Virus record (IMG/VR): IMGVR_UViG_3300045988_104021
Location: 1-62,869 of that record
Length of the DNA stretch: 62,869 bases
Reading direction: 5' to 3' (one strand)
Source: a virus
Shown here: positions 59,784-62,869 of the stretch, piece after piece
Position numbering within the stretch: position 1 is the stretch's first letter
Layout of the letters: each line of letters starts with the position of its first letter
The notes under the pieces: generated by a model
Seen by the model: only the letters and a program-made list of their open reading frames with translations
The model's database searches: none
Told to the model about the DNA's origin: nothing
Made by a program: the position numbers and the translations under genes

Positions 59784-62297
59784 ATGAATTACAAAGAGTT
59801 TTTGAAAAGCAAAATCGATCTTGCGACTTCATCCGGTTTTGAAATATTACCTGAGGAAGTAAATAAAGCGCTAAAGCCACATCAGAGGGATGCGGTTGTG
59901 TGGGCGATTAAAGGGGGCAGACGAGCTTTATTTGAATCGTTTGGACTTGGTAAAACAGTTCAGGAAATCGAGTTCTGTCATCAGGTCATAACACACAAAG
60001 GAGGTAAAGGTCTGATTGTTCTTCCGCTTGGAGTAAAGCAGGAGTTCACCAATGATGCTGTCAACGTGCTTGGGTATGAAAAGCCAGAATATGTACGCAC
60101 TATGGACGAAGTACAAAACTGCAGCACGGAAATCATGATTACAAACTATGAGCGTGTTCGTGATGGAGATATCCGGCCAGATTACTTTACGGTTACATCA
60201 CTGGACGAAGCCAGCGTTTTGAGGTCATTCGGAAGTAAGACCTATCAAACATTTTTAGATAAATTCAAAGGGGTCCCTTATAAGCTGGTTGCGACCGCAA
60301 CACCATCGCCAAACAAATACAAAGAGCTGATACACTATGCCGGATATTTGGAAGTCATGGACACTGGACAAGCGTTGACGAGATTCTTCCAAAGGGATTC
60401 GACAAAAGCAAATAACCTTACATTATATCCGAATCAGGAAGATGAGTTCTGGTTATGGGTAAGCAGCTGGGCGTTATTTGTAACAAAGCCATCTGATCTA
60501 AATCCGGAATACTCTGATGATGGTTATGTCTTGCCGGATTTAGATGTGCACTGGCATGAGTTGCCGATAAAATACGGAGATAAAAAGAATAAGGACGGCC
60601 AGTTTGTTCTATTTACGGAATCCAGTGTAGGACTGAAAGAAGCCGCAGCAATCAAACGTGAAAGCATTCAGCAACGAGTAGAAAAGATGAAAGAGATAGT
60701 TGAATCCGCTCCGGGTGAACATTTTGTATTGTGGCATGACCAGGAAGCGGAGAGACACGCCATCAAAAAGGCACTTCCGGAAGTGGTAGATATTTACGGC
60801 TCGCAAGATTACGAAACACGAGAGAAGAGAGTCCTTGACTTCTCTTATGGTAAAACAAGGTTGTTTGCAACAAAAAAATCTATTTCCGGCAGCGGATGTA
60901 ACTTTCAGAGATATTGCCATCGTGAGATATTTGTCGGCATAGATTTCGAGTTTAACGATTTTATACAGGCAATACACAGATGCTACCGCTTTTTGCAAAA
61001 GGAAAAGGTAGTGATTGATATTATCTACATGGAGAATGAACGGCACATAAAAGAGGTCTTGCTGGAGAAGTGGAAGAACCACAACCACATGGTAGGTAAG
61101 ATGGTTGAAATCGTAAAAAAATACGGTTTGAACAATGCAAATTTAGAAAACAGATTAGAACGAAAAATGGGGGTTGATACCGTGAAAGTAGAAGGAAAAT
61201 ATTATACCGCAGTAAACGATGATTGCGTAGAAGAAACGAGAAGAATGGAAAGTAACAGCGTGGATTTAATTCACACATCAATTCCATTCGGTAACCACTA
61301 TGAATACTCAAGTAACTATAACGACTTCGGCCATAACCAAAATACGGAGCGATTCTTTGAGCAGATGGACTACCTGACACCGGAGCTGCTCCGGGTGTTG
61401 AAGCCGGGAAGAGTGGCTGCCATCCACGTAAAAGACAGAGTTCTGTTCGGAAATGCTACCGGTACCGGTATGCCAACGATTGAACCGTTCCATGCAGATT
61501 GTATCTCGCATTATATGAAGCACGGATTCCAATACTTCGGCATGATAACCGTAGTTACTGACGTGGTTCGAGAAAATAACCAGACATACCGCCTTGGCTG
61601 GACGGAGCAGTGTAAAGATGGCTCAAAGATGGGTGTAGGTTGTCCAGAATATATCTTGCTGTTCCGCAAACTTCCGACAGACCACTCCACGGCATATGCG
61701 GATGAACCGGTAACAAAATCAAAAGAGGACTATACAAGAGCACAGTGGCAGATTGACGCTCATGCCTACTGGAGAAGTTCCGGTGATAGACTTGTCAGCA
61801 AGGAAGAGTTGGAGAACTGCTCCGTTGAAAGTCTACAAAAGGTGTATCGGAAATACAGCCGTGAAAATGTCTACGATTACCATGAACACGTTGAACTTGC
61901 GAAGAAATTAGATGAGAATGGGAAACTTCCGGCAGTCTTTATGGTAGTTGCTCCGGGTTCGTGGAATAACCTTGAGGTTTGGGATGATATCAACCGTATG
62001 AGGACGCTGAACACAACACAGACACGTAGACGGCAGCAGATGCACGTTTGTCCTTTACAGCTGGATATTGTAGAGCGAATCATTAACCGTTATTCCAATG
62101 AAGGTGACCTCGTGTTAGATCCATTCGGCGGACTTATGACGGTACCTATGATGGCCGTAAAAATGAAACGTAGAGGTTACGGAATTGAGTTAAGTCAGGA
62201 TTATTTCCGAGATGGAGTAGGTTACTTGCAGGAAGCGGAAAGCGAAAGAGAAACGCCTACTTTATTAGATTTCTTCAACTTAGAAAGTGAGGATTGA
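59784..62297 (+). CDS. SNF2-type helicase-like N-half fused to a beta-class N6/N4 amino-methyltransferase
   Basis: LKPHQRDAV...GLGKT...TSLDEASVL (DEAx)...; C-half DLIHTSIPFGNHYEY (motif IV-like) then VLDPFGGLMTV (motif I). Confidence 0.75.
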   Translation: MNYKEFLKSKIDLATSSGFEILPEEVNKALKPHQRDAVVWAIKGGRRALFESFGLGKTVQEIEFCHQVITHKGGKGLIVLPLGVKQEFTNDAVNVLGYEKPEYVRTMDEVQNCSTEIMITNYERVRDGDIRPDYFTVTSLDEASVLRSFGSKTYQTFLDKFKGVPYKLVATATPSPNKYKELIHYAGYLEVMDTGQALTRFFQRDSTKANNLTLYPNQEDEFWLWVSSWALFVTKPSDLNPEYSDDGYVLPDLDVHWHELPIKYGDKKNKDGQFVLFTESSVGLKEAAAIKRESIQQRVEKMKEIVESAPGEHFVLWHDQEAERHAIKKALPEVVDIYGSQDYETREKRVLDFSYGKTRLFATKKSISGSGCNFQRYCHREIFVGIDFEFNDFIQAIHRCYRFLQKEKVVIDIIYMENERHIKEVLLEKWKNHNHMVGKMVEIVKKYGLNNANLENRLERKMGVDTVKVEGKYYTAVNDDCVEETRRMESNSVDLIHTSIPFGNHYEYSSNYNDFGHNQNTERFFEQMDYLTPELLRVLKPGRVAAIHVKDRVLFGNATGTGMPTIEPFHADCISHYMKHGFQYFGMITVVTDVVRENNQTYRLGWTEQCKDGSKMGVGCPEYILLFRKLPTDHSTAYADEPVTKSKEDYTRAQWQIDAHAYWRSSGDRLVSKEELENCSVESLQKVYRKYSRENVYDYHEHVELAKKLDENGKLPAVFMVVAPGSWNNLEVWDDINRMRTLNTTQTRRRQQMHVCPLQLDIVERIINRYSNEGDLVLDPFGGLMTVPMMAVKMKRRGYGIELSQDYFRDGVGYLQEAESERETPTLLDFFNLESED

Positions 62298-62301
62298 TAC
62301 C

Positions 62302-62625
62302 ATGGCAGATTTATATAAAGTATCGGAATTAGTAAAGAATGTTCTTGAAACAAACAAATTAGCGAGGAATAGCGACAACTACTTATATTACCTCGTTCTG
62401 AAAAAAGTAGGGAAAAAGAACGGCATTGATATTGATGGTATGTCAATGCCAGTATTCCTTCTACACATGCGAGAATACGGATTTCCACCTTTTGAGAGCG
62501 TGCGCCGTAGCAGACAAAGAATCCAACACGATCATCCGGAACTGTCAGGAACAAAAGCGGTGCGAGAGTATAGGCAGATTGAAGAGGAACAATACCGGGA
62601 ATTTGCTATGAGCGGAAAGGAGTAA
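62302..62625 (+). CDS. hypothetical protein
   Basis: MADLYKVSELVKNVLETNKLARNSDNYLYY.... ATG follows GTGAGGA. Confidence 0.5.
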   Translation: MADLYKVSELVKNVLETNKLARNSDNYLYYLVLKKVGKKNGIDIDGMSMPVFLLHMREYGFPPFESVRRSRQRIQHDHPELSGTKAVREYRQIEEEQYREFAMSGKE

Positions 62626-62628
62626 GCC

Positions 62629-62869
62629 ATGCAAGAAAAGCCGGCTAGGTGCTGTCATCCGGATTGTTATAACTGTCCATATGATGAATGTATATATGAT
62701 GGTTACGAAGATGATGAGACGAATGCAATTGATAAAAGCGTTAAGAAATTTGCGATGCTGCAGCGAGCGTTATTTAACGGTAGTGAGAAGAGTTTTCGTT
62801 GCAGTCAATCCGAAAAAGGCAAAGCGGCGCAAAAAAGGTATATCCAATCCGAAAAAGGCAAAGCGGCGC
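62629..62869 (+). CDS. 5' portion of the junction-spanning ORF (Cys-rich N-terminus, start of tandem repeats)
   Basis: MQEKPARCCHPDCYNCPYDECIYDG...QSEKGKAAQKRYIQSEKGKAA. Runs off the window end and continues at nt 37. Confidence 0.6.
   Translation, partial: MQEKPARCCHPDCYNCPYDECIYDGYEDDETNAIDKSVKKFAMLQRALFNGSEKSFRCSQSEKGKAAQKRYIQSEKGKAA
62806..62869. repeat. 39-nt tandem coding repeat (continues at nt 12-89)
   Basis: 62806-62844 is one full unit. 62845-62869 begins the next. Confidence 0.9.

Noticed and set aside
1-62869. tRNA, tmRNA or rRNA genes.
   Set aside because: Scanning the non-coding gaps by eye turned up no cloverleaf-like sequence or T-loop consensus (GTTCGAATC-like). A tRNAscan or ARAGORN run would be needed to be certain.

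Overview
The window is one complete element of about 62.8 kb that closes on itself. Nt 1-36 repeat nt 62834-62869, and one ORF (62629..) runs in phase across the junction to a stop at 222-224. It reads as a temperate contractile-tailed phage with plasmid-like maintenance genes. The host is probably a low-GC, spore-forming Firmicute: AGGAGG-type RBSs, a PBSX/Xkd-like tail module and a Spo0A-C-like gene point that way. Standard code 11 fits, because TAA, TAG and TGA all end well-bounded genes.

Layout:
- 380-1507: parA plus a small RHH-like partner.
- 1605-3008 (-): large serine recombinase.
- 3156-15122: early genes. These include a Spo0A-C-like protein, a Rad50/SbcC-like ATPase, a RecT-like protein, an MBL-fold hydrolase, an AEP-type Rep, an SLT, RecU, an HNH, YopX, DUF551-like, ASCH-like and DUF4406-like proteins.
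- 15259 onward: late operon. It starts with two ParB/Srx proteins, an ABC-ATPase::GNAT fusion and a formyltransferase-like protein, then terS, a pac-like repeat, terL and portal.
- 22373-24213: a Tad2/DUF2829-like gene and a replisome organizer with ori-like repeats, sitting between portal and MuF.
- 25198-26886 (-): a six-gene reverse-strand island of small proteins.
- 27180-30527: two polyvalent cargo proteins (ART plus a JAB-like domain; XkdF protease plus an unknown domain plus a JAB-like domain).
- 30530-53989: scaffold, decoration, capsid, connectors, sheath, tube, chaperone with a -1 frameshift site, tape measure, baseplate, fibres and lysis cassette.
- 54069-55292 (-): a second reverse-strand island that ends in an HTH gene.
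- 55302-55734: a divergent switch region with repeats.
- 55735-62625: an early operon with an HNH, a very large C5-methyltransferase and an SNF2::amino-methyltransferase fusion.

Best candidates for something new:
1. The ParB-ParB-ATPase/GNAT-formyltransferase module coupled to the terminase.
2. The NPYHD-linked cargo proteins fused to the prohead protease.
3. The two small-gene islands that share a dyad-operator promoter and one Aca-like HTH.

Three conserved genes each carry a single lesion: an in-frame TAG in terL, an in-frame TGA in motif X of the C5-MTase, and a -1 frame break in a tail fibre. No tRNA, rRNA, CRISPR array, transposase or reverse transcriptase was recognised.
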